64,000 nt of DNA, from contig OZ242318.1 in NCBI GenBank assembly GCA_965208105.1, positions 672,001-736,000 of the forward strand. The letters run 5' to 3'. A model generated the notes under the pieces. It ran no database searches. It saw only the letters and a list, made by a program, of their open reading frames with translations, and had not been told where the DNA came from. The translations under genes were made by a program, and so were the position numbers. Source of the stretch: Candidatus Latescibacterota bacterium (GTDB taxonomy: Bacteria; Latescibacterota; UBA2968; UBA8231). Shown here piece after piece: positions 1 to 9,783 of the stretch (positions within the stretch are counted from its first letter, which is position 1; every line of letters begins with the position of its first letter).

Positions 1-74
1 TCCTCTTCGCCGAGGGCGTTCTCCAGGTGGAGGTAGCCGGCGATGTCGAAGAAATAACGCTGTTCGGGGGTCAT
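1..74 (-). CDS. Phytanoyl-CoA dioxygenase (PhyH) family protein, N-terminal fragment running off the window
   Basis: Manual translation from ATG at 74: MTPEQRYFFDIAGYLHLENALGEE, a typical PhyH-family N-terminus (F..GYL.LEN.L); GGAG RBS upstream. Confidence 0.6.
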   Translation of the reverse strand, partial: MTPEQRYFFDIAGYLHLENALGEE

Positions 75-98
75 GCTGATGCTCCTTGGATGGCCGTG

Positions 99-890
99 TC
101 AATGATCCGAAATGACCTTGCGCAGGTTCTCGCCGTTTTCCCGCATCCAGCGGTGGACCACCATCAGGTCCGTGCCGATGCAGAAATGGCGCACGCCCAG
201 ATCGAGATAGTACCTGGCCGCGTCCGCGCTCTCGATCTCCGCCCGCGGCGGCACCCCCCGGCGCAGGCAGGTCTCGATGACCCTGCGCTCCACCTCCTTC
301 ACCTCCCTGCTCTGGGAAGCCCCCGGCCGCCCTATGCTCATGGAGTAGTCCGAGCCGCCCCACTGGATCATGTCCACCCCATCGAGCTCGAGGATCTGGT
401 CCAACTGCTCGACCGCGGCCTTTTTCTCGATCATGAGAACGACGACGATATCCTTCAGGGCCTGGACGTACTCGCTGCTGCCGCCGCCGTATGCCATGTA
501 GGCGTTGCGGCGCGAGGCAGCGCCGTAGGTGCCGCCGACATCCGGGGTATCGGGACGCACAGTCAGCACGCAGCGGCGCGCCTCATCCACATCGTGACTG
601 TCGGCGAAGAGCACGCTCTGAAAGCCGGCCCCCACCGCGCGCTGGGCGAGAAAGCGCTGCGGCTCCTGGTCCACCTTGATCATCGTCGACATGCCGTGGA
701 GTTCCGCCGCCCGGCAGAAGTTGTCGAGAGAGAACAGGTCGAAGGGTGCGTATTCGGCGACGAACTCCACGTAGTCGAACATGCCTGTATGCCCCACGGC
801 CTCCACCACCGAGGGCCAGGAGCTGTGGATGTGGGTCCCCACGGTGGCCTTACCTTCGTCCAGAAGCCTGCGCAAATTGTTTACTCTCAT
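99..890 (-). CDS. HpcH/HpaI aldolase family protein
   Basis: FDYVEFVAEYAP, VVLMIEKKAAVEQLDQIL..DGVDMIQWGGSDYSMSIG motifs of the HpcH/GarL fold. Confidence 0.85.
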   Translation of the reverse strand: MRVNNLRRLLDEGKATVGTHIHSSWPSVVEAVGHTGMFDYVEFVAEYAPFDLFSLDNFCRAAELHGMSTMIKVDQEPQRFLAQRAVGAGFQSVLFADSHDVDEARRCVLTVRPDTPDVGGTYGAASRRNAYMAYGGGSSEYVQALKDIVVVLMIEKKAAVEQLDQILELDGVDMIQWGGSDYSMSIGRPGASQSREVKEVERRVIETCLRRGVPPRAEIESADAARYYLDLGVRHFCIGTDLMVVHRWMRENGENLRKVISDH

Positions 891-938
891 CGAAGATTCC
901 TCATATGAAAATCGGGCCGCACCATCCCGCCGGCGCTC

Positions 939-1739
939 TCAGCCCATCGCGATTCCGCCGTCGACGTTGATCGACTGCCCACTGATATTGCGCGCCTCAT
1001 CCGATGCCAGAAAGGCGACCAGGTCCCCGATGTCACCGGGTGTCTGCTCCCGCTGCAGCGGGGTGTTCTTCCTCACGTACTCGTCGAACACGGCGCGCGC
1101 CGGCATCCCGGCATAGGCCGGGTCGCCTGCCGCGATCAGGGGAGCGAGCAGGTGCCAGAAGGAAGTCCATACCAGGCCGGGGCAGACGGCATTGACGTTG
1201 ACGTTGTAGGGACCCAGGTCCTTGGCAACACAGCGCGTGAGACTGAGGAGGGCATTCTTGGCCGCGGCGTAGCTGGGCAGGATCTGGGGGTCCCGCTGCG
1301 CCGCGATGGAGGAGATGTTGACGATCTTGCCGTACCTGCGCTCCATCATGTGGGGAGCCACTGCCCGGCACAGAAAGAAGGGCCCCTTGACGTGGATTTC
1401 GTAGTTGTCATCCCAGTCCGCCGCGGTCTGGTTGGTGAAGGGCAGGCCCAGGTTTTCGCCGAAGTGACCGGCATTGTTGACCAGGATGTCCACCCGGCCG
1501 AAGGCATTCAGGGAGGCTTCCACCAGGGCCTCGCACCCCGGCTCCCGGGTAATGTCCGATTCCACCGCCACGCACCTGCGGCCGGACTTCTCGAGCTCGG
1601 CCACCTGCCTCTCGGCTGCTTCCAGATCAAGGTCGGCGACGACCACGTCCGCCCCTTCCCGGGCAAGACTGGCGCAGATCCCCCCTCCCATTCCGCCGCC
1701 CCCGCCGGTAACGATGGCAATTCTGTCTTTCAAGCGCAT
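939..1739 (-). CDS. SDR family NAD(P)-dependent oxidoreductase
   Basis: Start reassigned to MRLKDRIAIVTGGGGGMG; NNAG, YAAAK catalytic motif, NAVCPG. Confidence 0.9.
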   Translation of the reverse strand: MRLKDRIAIVTGGGGGMGGGICASLAREGADVVVADLDLEAAERQVAELEKSGRRCVAVESDITREPGCEALVEASLNAFGRVDILVNNAGHFGENLGLPFTNQTAADWDDNYEIHVKGPFFLCRAVAPHMMERRYGKIVNISSIAAQRDPQILPSYAAAKNALLSLTRCVAKDLGPYNVNVNAVCPGLVWTSFWHLLAPLIAAGDPAYAGMPARAVFDEYVRKNTPLQREQTPGDIGDLVAFLASDEARNISGQSINVDGGIAMG

Positions 1740-1882
1740 GGCGCCCCCTCTTCTGTTCAATCGTGCTGGCGCGATACCGATCATTCCAAGATACCACCAG
1801 CCCTTTCTCCCATCAAGAAGCACAGAAGGAACCCCCCACTCTCGCCGGCGCAGAGGAAACCTCAGGCGACCGAACCGGCGGG

Positions 1883-2854
1883 TCAGGGCGGGTCGGAGTG
1901 CTTTTCGTGGTAGAGTTGGGCGATCTCGGCGCCGATAATGAAGACGATGGCGGCAAAGTAGATCCACAAGGCGATGGCCGCGGACAGAACATAGGCGCCG
2001 TAGAGATACCAGATCGAGGCGAAATGGCTCAGGTAATAGCCGAAGATCCAGGCGGCGAACTCCCACAGGAGTGCTGCCCACAGGGCCCCCACGGCCAGAA
2101 TTCTCAACGGGGGTTTGCGGTAGGGTACCAGCCGGTACAGGCTCAGGAACACGGCGAAGATCAGGGCCAGGGAGGACAGGCTGTACAGGTAGGTGATGTA
2201 GGCCTGGGAGCGCAGGGGAGAAAGGGCGGCGTCGATGACGGCGGCCAGGACCGGCAGCGCGAAAACCAGGAGCAGGAAGGCGGAAAGCACCAGCAGTACC
2301 GCTACCATATCCCGCAATTTGTCCAGCAATACGGGAAATGTGCTGACGATTGCCCGCGTGATACCTGCCACCTCCCCGCCGAGCACCTTCCTGCCCAAAC
2401 GCCGCAGCGCGGTCCACGTCTCGTCCCTGTGCTCGCTTTCGGCCTGGAAGACCTGGTTGAGCAGGGTCCTCATGCTGCTGAACAGGCTGCTGACGCTCAG
2501 CACCAGGATCAACAGGCCGAAGACTCCGTAGTTCTCCTTGAACTTGACCACTCCGGGAACTCGAGATGCCAGGGCCTCCTTGAGGTGCTCCGCCTCTCCC
2601 TCGTAGGGGATGAACATCTCCACCGTCCTGCCTACCAGGAGAGCCAGGGACTCGGCGTCCAGGACGGCCCCGAGCACGAAGAAAATCAGGAAAACCGAGG
2701 GGACCAGGCAGAGGAGGGTGGCAAAGGCAAGGCCGCCGGCGAAGAGGAATAGGTGGTTGTCACTGGTCCGGTGGTAGAGGCCTCCCAGATAGTGGGTCCA
2801 GAAGCCCCGCCTGGACCTCCACCTGCCCGGCAGAAATCTGTTCGGCCTGGTCAA
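1883..2854 (-). CDS. YihY/virulence factor BrkB family membrane protein
   Basis: AGGLAFATLLCLVP, LYRLVP, LYGAY...WIY....FIIGAEI; likely TTG start at 2854 overlapping the upstream TGA (ORF track gives 2890). Confidence 0.85.
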   Translation of the reverse strand: MTRPNRFLPGRWRSRRGFWTHYLGGLYHRTSDNHLFLFAGGLAFATLLCLVPSVFLIFFVLGAVLDAESLALLVGRTVEMFIPYEGEAEHLKEALASRVPGVVKFKENYGVFGLLILVLSVSSLFSSMRTLLNQVFQAESEHRDETWTALRRLGRKVLGGEVAGITRAIVSTFPVLLDKLRDMVAVLLVLSAFLLLVFALPVLAAVIDAALSPLRSQAYITYLYSLSSLALIFAVFLSLYRLVPYRKPPLRILAVGALWAALLWEFAAWIFGYYLSHFASIWYLYGAYVLSAAIALWIYFAAIVFIIGAEIAQLYHEKHSDPP

Positions 2855-3654
2855 TGCTCGCGCCTGATCTCCTTGTGGCAGTGAGGACACTTGAAGGAGG
2901 TCTCGCTCTCGCGCTGCATGATGGTCACGAATCCCGATCCGATGATGCCGGCCGGCAGGGCGAAGAACCCGATGCCCAGCATGGCAATGAGGGCGCCGAA
3001 GAATTTACCCATGGTGGTGACGGGTGTAACGTCTCCGTATCCCACCGTGGTCAGCGTTGCCACCCCCCACCACATGGCGGCCGGAATGCTCGAAAACTCC
3101 TCCGGCTGCGCCTCGTTCTCGAGCTGGTAGACGATGGCCGAGGAAAGGACCAGGAGGAAAACGATGGCCAGGAAGACCATGGACAGTTCTTTCCATTTCA
3201 GGTGGCAGACATCGGTGAACGCCCTGATCGATTTGGAATAGCGCACCACCTTGAACAGGAGCGGCAGCCGGACCAGCCTGATGATCCTCATAATCCTCAA
3301 ATCGGTGTCGATGAAAAAGGGCAGGTAGAAGGGCAGGATGGCCACCAGATCGATCAGCGCCATGGGCGTGACCAGGTAGCGCAATCTCCCCTTCAGGGGA
3401 TGTTTGAACCTGTCGTCCGTGGTGCAGACCAAAAGGCGCAGCAGGTACTCGAGGGTGAATACGGAAATCGAGAAGACCTCGAAGTAGCGGAATTGTCGCG
3501 CATACGGAATTTGCAGCCACTGAACCGTCTCCACGATGACGACGAACACATTCAGCAGAATCAGAGAGACCAGGAATACATCGACGGCCTTGCTGACCGA
3601 GTCCCCTTCCTCGGCCTTCTCGAGAATCTCGTAGAGCCTGGTTTGAACCTTCAT
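2851..3654 (-). CDS. Voltage-gated-type potassium channel (6TM ion transporter)
   Basis: TTVGYGD selectivity filter, Arg-rich S4 (LRIMRIIRLVRL), C-terminal CPHC. Confidence 0.92.
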   Translation of the reverse strand: MKVQTRLYEILEKAEEGDSVSKAVDVFLVSLILLNVFVVIVETVQWLQIPYARQFRYFEVFSISVFTLEYLLRLLVCTTDDRFKHPLKGRLRYLVTPMALIDLVAILPFYLPFFIDTDLRIMRIIRLVRLPLLFKVVRYSKSIRAFTDVCHLKWKELSMVFLAIVFLLVLSSAIVYQLENEAQPEEFSSIPAAMWWGVATLTTVGYGDVTPVTTMGKFFGALIAMLGIGFFALPAGIIGSGFVTIMQRESETSFKCPHCHKEIRREH

Positions 3655-3781
3655 CTTGCGAAGTTCCCCTTTTGCACGTCCTCTCCAGGCGGCGAAATTC
3701 CGCGTGTTTCAGGCTGGTCCACCGCCCTGCGCAGGGCGCATGGGGGCCTTTGACTCGGCGGCATAATCCCGTGACCGCACC

Positions 3782-6754
3782 CTAGAGCGGCTGCCCGTAC
3801 AGGGTGAATCCCACCATGGCGCGCACGAAGAAGGTGAGCCCGTCGAAATCGCGCGCGTCCAGGAACTTCGTCTCGTATTCCTTCTGGTTCTGCCTCAGGC
3901 CCATGATGGTAACCAGTTCGTAGCCGAAGTACTTGGATTGGTTGGTAAGGGTCGCGAAGGCGGTGCGCTGCTCGAAACTGAAGCGGCTGGCCACGCGGTC
4001 ATGGCGCAGATAGGGTACAGGGCCCCAGCCCTGGATCCCGGCGCGCAACGTCGTCCGCAGCAACAGCGGACACTCGAGGCGCAGGATGGGGATCGAGCGG
4101 AAATCGTCCCGCAGGCGACGGTCCTTGTCGCGGTCCACCAGTTGCAGGACCATGATTTTGTACTGCGGCGTCACCTTCAGTCGGCCCCAGTGCCAGGTGT
4201 ATTCCAGGCGGCTGACCCAGGTGTGGAAGTCCAGGCGGCGGTCCTTCTGGAAGAGACCGTTGTAGAGCCGGCCGCCCTGCTGCCAGTTCATCCGCAGGCG
4301 CATTTTCTGCACCACGTTCAAGGTCGACCAGGGCCGCAGCCTGGCCTCGAGGTAGGTCTCGTTGACGTAGCTGTCCTGGTAGTACATCAGGTCGGGGACG
4401 AATCTGAAGCTGAAAATAGGAGGATAGTCGTGGATGAAGGCGTCGATGACATTGCCTCTGCTCAGTCCGCGGAAGCTGAAGTTGCGCGTCCTGTCCGCGT
4501 TCTCGTCCCAAGAGACGTACTCGTCGGCGATGTCGTCCTGCACCCGGCGAAAGCTGTTCTCGAAGAACAGCTGCCGCAGGCGGTCGATGCCCTGGCGCTG
4601 GTATGTCAGCAGGGCATAGGACGAGTAGTTACGGCCGCCGCCGGCAATCTGGGCGGTGGCGTAGCGGCCCAGGGCAAGGGACCAGTTGGGGGTCAGGTCC
4701 AGTTGCCCGAAGAGGTGGTAGCCGCGCTGATCGTAGTCGTAGGGATAGTCCACCTCGCCGTCGTCCTCGCGCGGGTCCGGCTCGTCGTTGTGATTGCGGT
4801 CGAGACCGTAGGCGTAGGCGTTGGGCTCCACGTGGAACATGAGGAAGGGCTCTTCGGCATCGGGAATGAGGTCCCCGTCGCGGTTGGTCTCGGGCCAGCC
4901 GTCGTTGTCCTCGTCCTGGTCCAGGAACACCCCATCCACGTCGTGCGCCTGGCTGTCGTTGGAAAAACCGACCAGGTTGCCGACGCGCCGGTCGGGAAAC
5001 CGGTCGCCGTCGTCGTTGTCCTCCACCAGGTCCCAGTAAACCGTCTGGTTGTACATCCCTATCAGGTTGGTGTTATTGCGCCGGTGAGTCCCCCGGTTCA
5101 AAAAGGTGCGCAGGCTGGTGGTGAACCCCGGATTGATGGCGAATAATTCTGCCCCCAGGCGCCCCCTCCCGAACCAGCGGGTGGCGTTGAGAAAAGCGGC
5201 CGAGTTGCGATCCGCGAAGCGCGGACTGTCGTCGAAGGCAGGTTGCCCGTCACTCTCTCCCGGATAGCGCTGGTAAAGAGCCGACCGCGCGTACTCCCCC
5301 TGCACTTCCAGGCCGGGCAGGGAAAGGTTCAAGTCGGCGCTGTAGGTGAAAACTCCGGTGTCCTCGCCGATCCCGAAGCGCCTTCTCTTGAGGTTGCCAA
5401 GGTCGCGGACGTTGCCGGGGGAGCGCAGTACCGGCCGGTAAAAGGTGCTCAGGTATTCGCCGTAGTAGGCCTTGGCGCGCGGGTTCACGTTGCTCAGCAG
5501 GGCGACGTCCACGCGGTAGTCGTTGCCCAGCAGGGCCTCCACCTGGACCGATTCGACGAGGGGCTCCTGCGACACGTCGAAGAGGAATACCAGTTGCTCT
5601 GCGCCATCGGCGCGCAGTGCCTCCTCGGGCGACTCCACCTTGAAGATGGCCCTCAGCCCCTCGGGGTCGGCGTTGGCACTGACGTCCACTCCCTCCTCCA
5701 GGTCCAGGCGGTATAGATAGTCGGCGTAGAGGGGCATGTCGTCCCTGCCGCGGTAGAAAAGCCGATGCCCGCCGAACTGGGTGTACTGCACCACCGCGAC
5801 ATTGCCCGTGCGCTGCGACAAGGTCCCCACCTGCGGTCCGATCCCCCCGTGGTGGCGCACCACCCGAGGCACCAAGTCCGGCCTCGCCTGCCCGTTGACC
5901 ACCAGTTGCACCTCCTGCACGACCGCTCCCCCGGTGCGGTCCAGCGGCGAGTCGTCGGAGAAACGCACGACGATCCAGTCCATCAAGGGCTGGGCCGGCT
6001 TCAGCCGGCCCTTGAGGCCGTTCCCCGGCTGGGTGCTCTGGTATACGTGGGCATTGGCCCAGTTCAGCCCCATCTTCAAACGGCCCAGGTCCACCTGTGC
6101 CCGGCTGCCCAGAAGCATGGTCGATTCATCGGCATAGTGAGTTCTCTCGATGGCCCAGAACAAACCCTCCTCCTGGTAGGTGTGGGGCCGCTCGATGCGG
6201 GACCCCATCCCGGTCAGCTGCAGGCGGGGCGTGGATATGTCCAGGCGGAAGCCATTGAAGGATGTCATCGAGAGGGTCAGAGGCGACAACCGTGCGATCA
6301 TGTTGTCGGCCACCACGAAACTGTAGCCCCAACGGCCGTAACCGTCCCTCCCCACCACCACCCCGTCGTAGACCTTGTACCACACCAGTTGGTACATTTC
6401 ATTGGGTTTGAAAATTGCGCTGCCGAACTCCTGTCCCGGGATCCTCGTCTCCTCCCAACTGTAGAGGTCGTAGCCCCTGATCAGGTAATCCCCCAGAGGG
6501 CCGTAGTAGGCCCGCGGCGCATCCTCGTATGGGAAGGAGTGATTGGGATAGTTGGCATAGTTTTGCAGCGCGTAGTTGCGATAGGTGGGGCGGTCCCAGC
6601 GCAGGAAGGGCCGCGCAGATTCAATCTCGGAAGCCGCCCGCAAGCGGGGCTCCTGCCCCTCGACGAGCGTGGCCACACAGACCAGGACCAGCAGTCCTGT
6701 CCAGCCGCGGAAGGCGTGCAAGCAGGCCGGAACTCCCACAAATTTCGGATTCAT
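3782..6754 (-). CDS. Large secreted hypothetical protein with Asp-rich Ca-binding-like repeats, possible outer-membrane beta-barrel
   Basis: Long ORF; signal-peptide-like N-terminus from ATG 6754 (ORF track start 6844); DNDDGDRFPD, DEDNDGWPETNRDGDLIPD, DRNHNDEPD; amphipathic aromatic strands at C-terminus. Confidence 0.7.
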   Translation of the reverse strand: MNPKFVGVPACLHAFRGWTGLLVLVCVATLVEGQEPRLRAASEIESARPFLRWDRPTYRNYALQNYANYPNHSFPYEDAPRAYYGPLGDYLIRGYDLYSWEETRIPGQEFGSAIFKPNEMYQLVWYKVYDGVVVGRDGYGRWGYSFVVADNMIARLSPLTLSMTSFNGFRLDISTPRLQLTGMGSRIERPHTYQEEGLFWAIERTHYADESTMLLGSRAQVDLGRLKMGLNWANAHVYQSTQPGNGLKGRLKPAQPLMDWIVVRFSDDSPLDRTGGAVVQEVQLVVNGQARPDLVPRVVRHHGGIGPQVGTLSQRTGNVAVVQYTQFGGHRLFYRGRDDMPLYADYLYRLDLEEGVDVSANADPEGLRAIFKVESPEEALRADGAEQLVFLFDVSQEPLVESVQVEALLGNDYRVDVALLSNVNPRAKAYYGEYLSTFYRPVLRSPGNVRDLGNLKRRRFGIGEDTGVFTYSADLNLSLPGLEVQGEYARSALYQRYPGESDGQPAFDDSPRFADRNSAAFLNATRWFGRGRLGAELFAINPGFTTSLRTFLNRGTHRRNNTNLIGMYNQTVYWDLVEDNDDGDRFPDRRVGNLVGFSNDSQAHDVDGVFLDQDEDNDGWPETNRDGDLIPDAEEPFLMFHVEPNAYAYGLDRNHNDEPDPREDDGEVDYPYDYDQRGYHLFGQLDLTPNWSLALGRYATAQIAGGGRNYSSYALLTYQRQGIDRLRQLFFENSFRRVQDDIADEYVSWDENADRTRNFSFRGLSRGNVIDAFIHDYPPIFSFRFVPDLMYYQDSYVNETYLEARLRPWSTLNVVQKMRLRMNWQQGGRLYNGLFQKDRRLDFHTWVSRLEYTWHWGRLKVTPQYKIMVLQLVDRDKDRRLRDDFRSIPILRLECPLLLRTTLRAGIQGWGPVPYLRHDRVASRFSFEQRTAFATLTNQSKYFGYELVTIMGLRQNQKEYETKFLDARDFDGLTFFVRAMVGFTLYGQPL

Positions 6755-7058
6755 GGCATCAATCCCAGGGTTGATTTTTCTCCAACATTCCACCAACAAA
6801 ATAAGAAATGGCCAGCAGATTTCCCAACTCCAAAATTGCCACACCGATCGAGGCGACGACGGGCTCTCCCATTCCTTCGATTGCCCAGGTCGGTTGGCGC
6901 GATGGCTCGCCTGGATCCTGACTGGGCAATTCCACCTGAGTTCGGCCGCCCCTGCTCGCCCCCCGCGACCCTGCCCCAGCTAGCCGTAAACCACACAGCC
7001 ACGCCCCGCCGGGGCGCTTCGGCCCCCTCTTTCCCACGCTTGACCTCGAGCGCAGGCA

Positions 7059-9755
7059 CTAGCTCAGGCGCAGCGTCACGATCTGCTTGGGCCCCAGGGT
7101 GATCGCCGCCTCGCCATCGACCAGGGCCCCTTCCTCTCCGGTGGGCAGGCTCTCCAGGTTGACCGGCTGGACTCGGGTGAAGGACAACAAGGAGCTCATG
7201 CCCAGGACCGCCTCTACCTCCGTGGCCAAGGGGTTGAACAGCCGCACCTCCAGACCGCCCTCGACGTGGCGCATGCTCGTGAGCACCGCGGGTCCTTCCA
7301 CCTGCAGGAACCGGGCTTCGGCGGGAAGGTCGGCAGTCCCTGCGCGGTAGATGCCCAGGTCCACGGGGTCGAGCTGCACGCTGCGCACTCCCGCGGCCAG
7401 TTGCTGGCCCAGGGAGCACATCACGGCGCGGTCAGGCTCTCCCTGCAACGGCGCGATCCAGTAGCGGAAGTGCAGGGGGCCGCGCAACTGGCCCTCGGGC
7501 TCACCATCCGTCCACACGGTCAGGCGGGTGCCGCGGAACAGGGTCAGAGCCAGGATGCGCTCGTCGAAATCGCGCACCGCAGTTTCCAGTTGTCCGCTGC
7601 TGATCAAGGCCAGTCCCCGGTCGCCGGCGTAGACCGCGCTCCAACTCTGCTGGGGCCTGGTCTCCACCTCCAACTCGCGGTATAGATGATTGTCCGGGCG
7701 CAGGGCAACCGGGCGCTCGACCACGTCGAAGGGGGTGTCGGCCAGGTAGGTCGGCGCCCTGGTCCCGGTGGGAAACAGCACGCGCAGGCGGTGGTCGTCC
7801 GCTCCATTCTCCACCAGGGTCTCCACCTCGACCCTGGGGACACCGGGGCGCAAGGTGAGGAAAGAGTCGATGGCCAGCTCGACCAGGCGCTCGGACCTCC
7901 TCATGCTGTCGTCGAAATGGAACTCGGCCGGAACCTGCATGGTGGTGCGCACCCGAAAAGTGGTGCGGTAGGGTCCGTCGTGGACCAGGGCCACCGCGGC
8001 CGAGCTGGCGGTGGAAAGGAAAGCCTGGTCGTTGACGGCCTGCCCGTGATACCAGCCATCGCCGATATCGGCGCTGTCTTCATAGGTGAGCAGGCGCTCG
8101 TATACGTGCCCGGTGCGCCTGTCCGTCAAGGTCATGGACCCGTTGTCGGCGATGGCCACTTGCAGGTGCTCGTTGGACATGGACCGCTCGCTGTCGGCCA
8201 ATCCCGGTACTGCGGGATGGCGGGTGGCGGTGCGGCTGCGGTCCGCCCGCACCCTCAACGTGGTGTAGCCCAGGGCCGGCAGCGAGAGAAGCAGGCTCAC
8301 GTCCACCTCGTGGGTCTCGTACTTCTGGCGGTATTGGGAGGGGAACAGCCGCACCTTGCTGCGCCTCATGCGCTGGGCAAGGCGCTGGTAGGGGATCTCC
8401 CCGCCGTCGGGGGCGTAGAGGCGGAAGCCAGGCTTGGGCTCGAAGCCGAAGAACTCGTTGAACTGGGGCCAGTCCGGAGGAATCTCCAGGGTCAGCTCCA
8501 CACTCTGGTCCAGGGGACGAGGCAGCGGATTGAAGACGGTGACGCTCAACTCGTCGGAGGCCAGCTCACCCGCCGCGGCCGCGGCCAGCCCCCGGGTGGC
8601 CTCCAGTGTCAGGCGCTCGCCGATGCGGCGGGTCTGGCTGAAGCGGAACTTCATGTCCTCGTGTACGGCGTCGATGCTGCAGCCGCAGATCGAATCGTGG
8701 GCATGGTTCTTGAGCAGCCATTTCCACGCCACCTCGAGAAAGCCCTCCGGGACCTCGGCGCCGAGGGTGAGATGGGCGAGAGCGCTGGAGGGCTCGGCCC
8801 AGTGGCACAGCAGGGTCTGACACTCGGCGTTGGCCTGCTTGATCCAAACGCGGCTGGAAAGGACCCCGGGAATCATCACCTGGGTATCGTCGAAATACCG
8901 CCCCGGCTCGCGCAGCTCTCCCTCCACCTGGGTGCCGATGCGCTGCGCCTGGGGCACCATCTCCTCGAGGTAGGTGTCCAGGCTGGTGTGGACGAGGTCG
9001 AAGCCTTCCTGGTCCCTGCCCAGGTGCTCTGCCACCACTGCGTAGGCCTCCTGGTCCCATTCCTGGTGGTCGCCCCCGTCAAAGAGGAGGATGGGGTCCA
9101 CCTCGGTGCACCCTGCCTCGCGCTGGATGTAGGCGCGCAGATGCTTCCCGACCTCTTCCAGGTCGAACGCCAGCTCGTGCTGGCGCACCCGGCGGACGTT
9201 GACGCTGTAGTCGAAGTAACCGAACTGGGCGAAGCGGAAGAAGGGCATTTCCGTTCCGTCGGCGCCGCGCCAGCGCAGCAGCCGGGTGCCCACCTCGTTG
9301 GTCCCCCGCCACAGGAAGCCTCCGGGGATGCCGAATCCTGCCAGGATCTGCGGGGTCTGGCTGTTGTGCCCGAAGGTGTCGTTGATGAACCCCGCGTTGG
9401 AAGGCTGGCCTCCAAGGCTGCGAACCAGGCGGCGGCCGAGCCGCAGGTTCCGCACGAGTGCCTCGCCGCTGACGATGAACTCGTCGGGGATGGTGTACCA
9501 GGGACCGACCACCAGCCTGCCCTGGCGCACGAACTCCTCCACCTGGCCGCGGCGCTCGGGACGCACCTCCAGGTAGTCCTCTACTACAATGCTCTGGCCA
9601 TCTGTCTGAAAGGGACCCCGCAGGGAGCCGCTTTCCAACCCGGCCATCACCTGGTCCAGGAGGCGGGCAAGGAGGTAGCGAAAGTCCTGGAATGGCTGGT
9701 GCCACTCCCGGTCCCAGTGGGTGCTGAGCACGTAGTGGACGCGCCGTTTGCTCAT
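7059..9755 (-). CDS. Glycoside hydrolase family 38 alpha-mannosidase
   Basis: THWDREW zinc motif, DTFGH nucleophile motif, HAHDSICGCSID. Confidence 0.92.
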   Translation of the reverse strand: MSKRRVHYVLSTHWDREWHQPFQDFRYLLARLLDQVMAGLESGSLRGPFQTDGQSIVVEDYLEVRPERRGQVEEFVRQGRLVVGPWYTIPDEFIVSGEALVRNLRLGRRLVRSLGGQPSNAGFINDTFGHNSQTPQILAGFGIPGGFLWRGTNEVGTRLLRWRGADGTEMPFFRFAQFGYFDYSVNVRRVRQHELAFDLEEVGKHLRAYIQREAGCTEVDPILLFDGGDHQEWDQEAYAVVAEHLGRDQEGFDLVHTSLDTYLEEMVPQAQRIGTQVEGELREPGRYFDDTQVMIPGVLSSRVWIKQANAECQTLLCHWAEPSSALAHLTLGAEVPEGFLEVAWKWLLKNHAHDSICGCSIDAVHEDMKFRFSQTRRIGERLTLEATRGLAAAAAGELASDELSVTVFNPLPRPLDQSVELTLEIPPDWPQFNEFFGFEPKPGFRLYAPDGGEIPYQRLAQRMRRSKVRLFPSQYRQKYETHEVDVSLLLSLPALGYTTLRVRADRSRTATRHPAVPGLADSERSMSNEHLQVAIADNGSMTLTDRRTGHVYERLLTYEDSADIGDGWYHGQAVNDQAFLSTASSAAVALVHDGPYRTTFRVRTTMQVPAEFHFDDSMRRSERLVELAIDSFLTLRPGVPRVEVETLVENGADDHRLRVLFPTGTRAPTYLADTPFDVVERPVALRPDNHLYRELEVETRPQQSWSAVYAGDRGLALISSGQLETAVRDFDERILALTLFRGTRLTVWTDGEPEGQLRGPLHFRYWIAPLQGEPDRAVMCSLGQQLAAGVRSVQLDPVDLGIYRAGTADLPAEARFLQVEGPAVLTSMRHVEGGLEVRLFNPLATEVEAVLGMSSLLSFTRVQPVNLESLPTGEEGALVDGEAAITLGPKQIVTLRLS

Positions 9756-9783
9756 GATCCCCCTTCCTGTCGCTGTCCAGCTT

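Noticed and set aside
1740-2417. N-terminal extensions in the ORF track (SDR 492 aa; likewise GGT 748, TPR 662, fumarase beta 446, Ccl 452 aa) as possible fusions
   Set aside because: Extensions overlap upstream genes or intergenic DNA and are low-complexity; internal starts give normal family lengths
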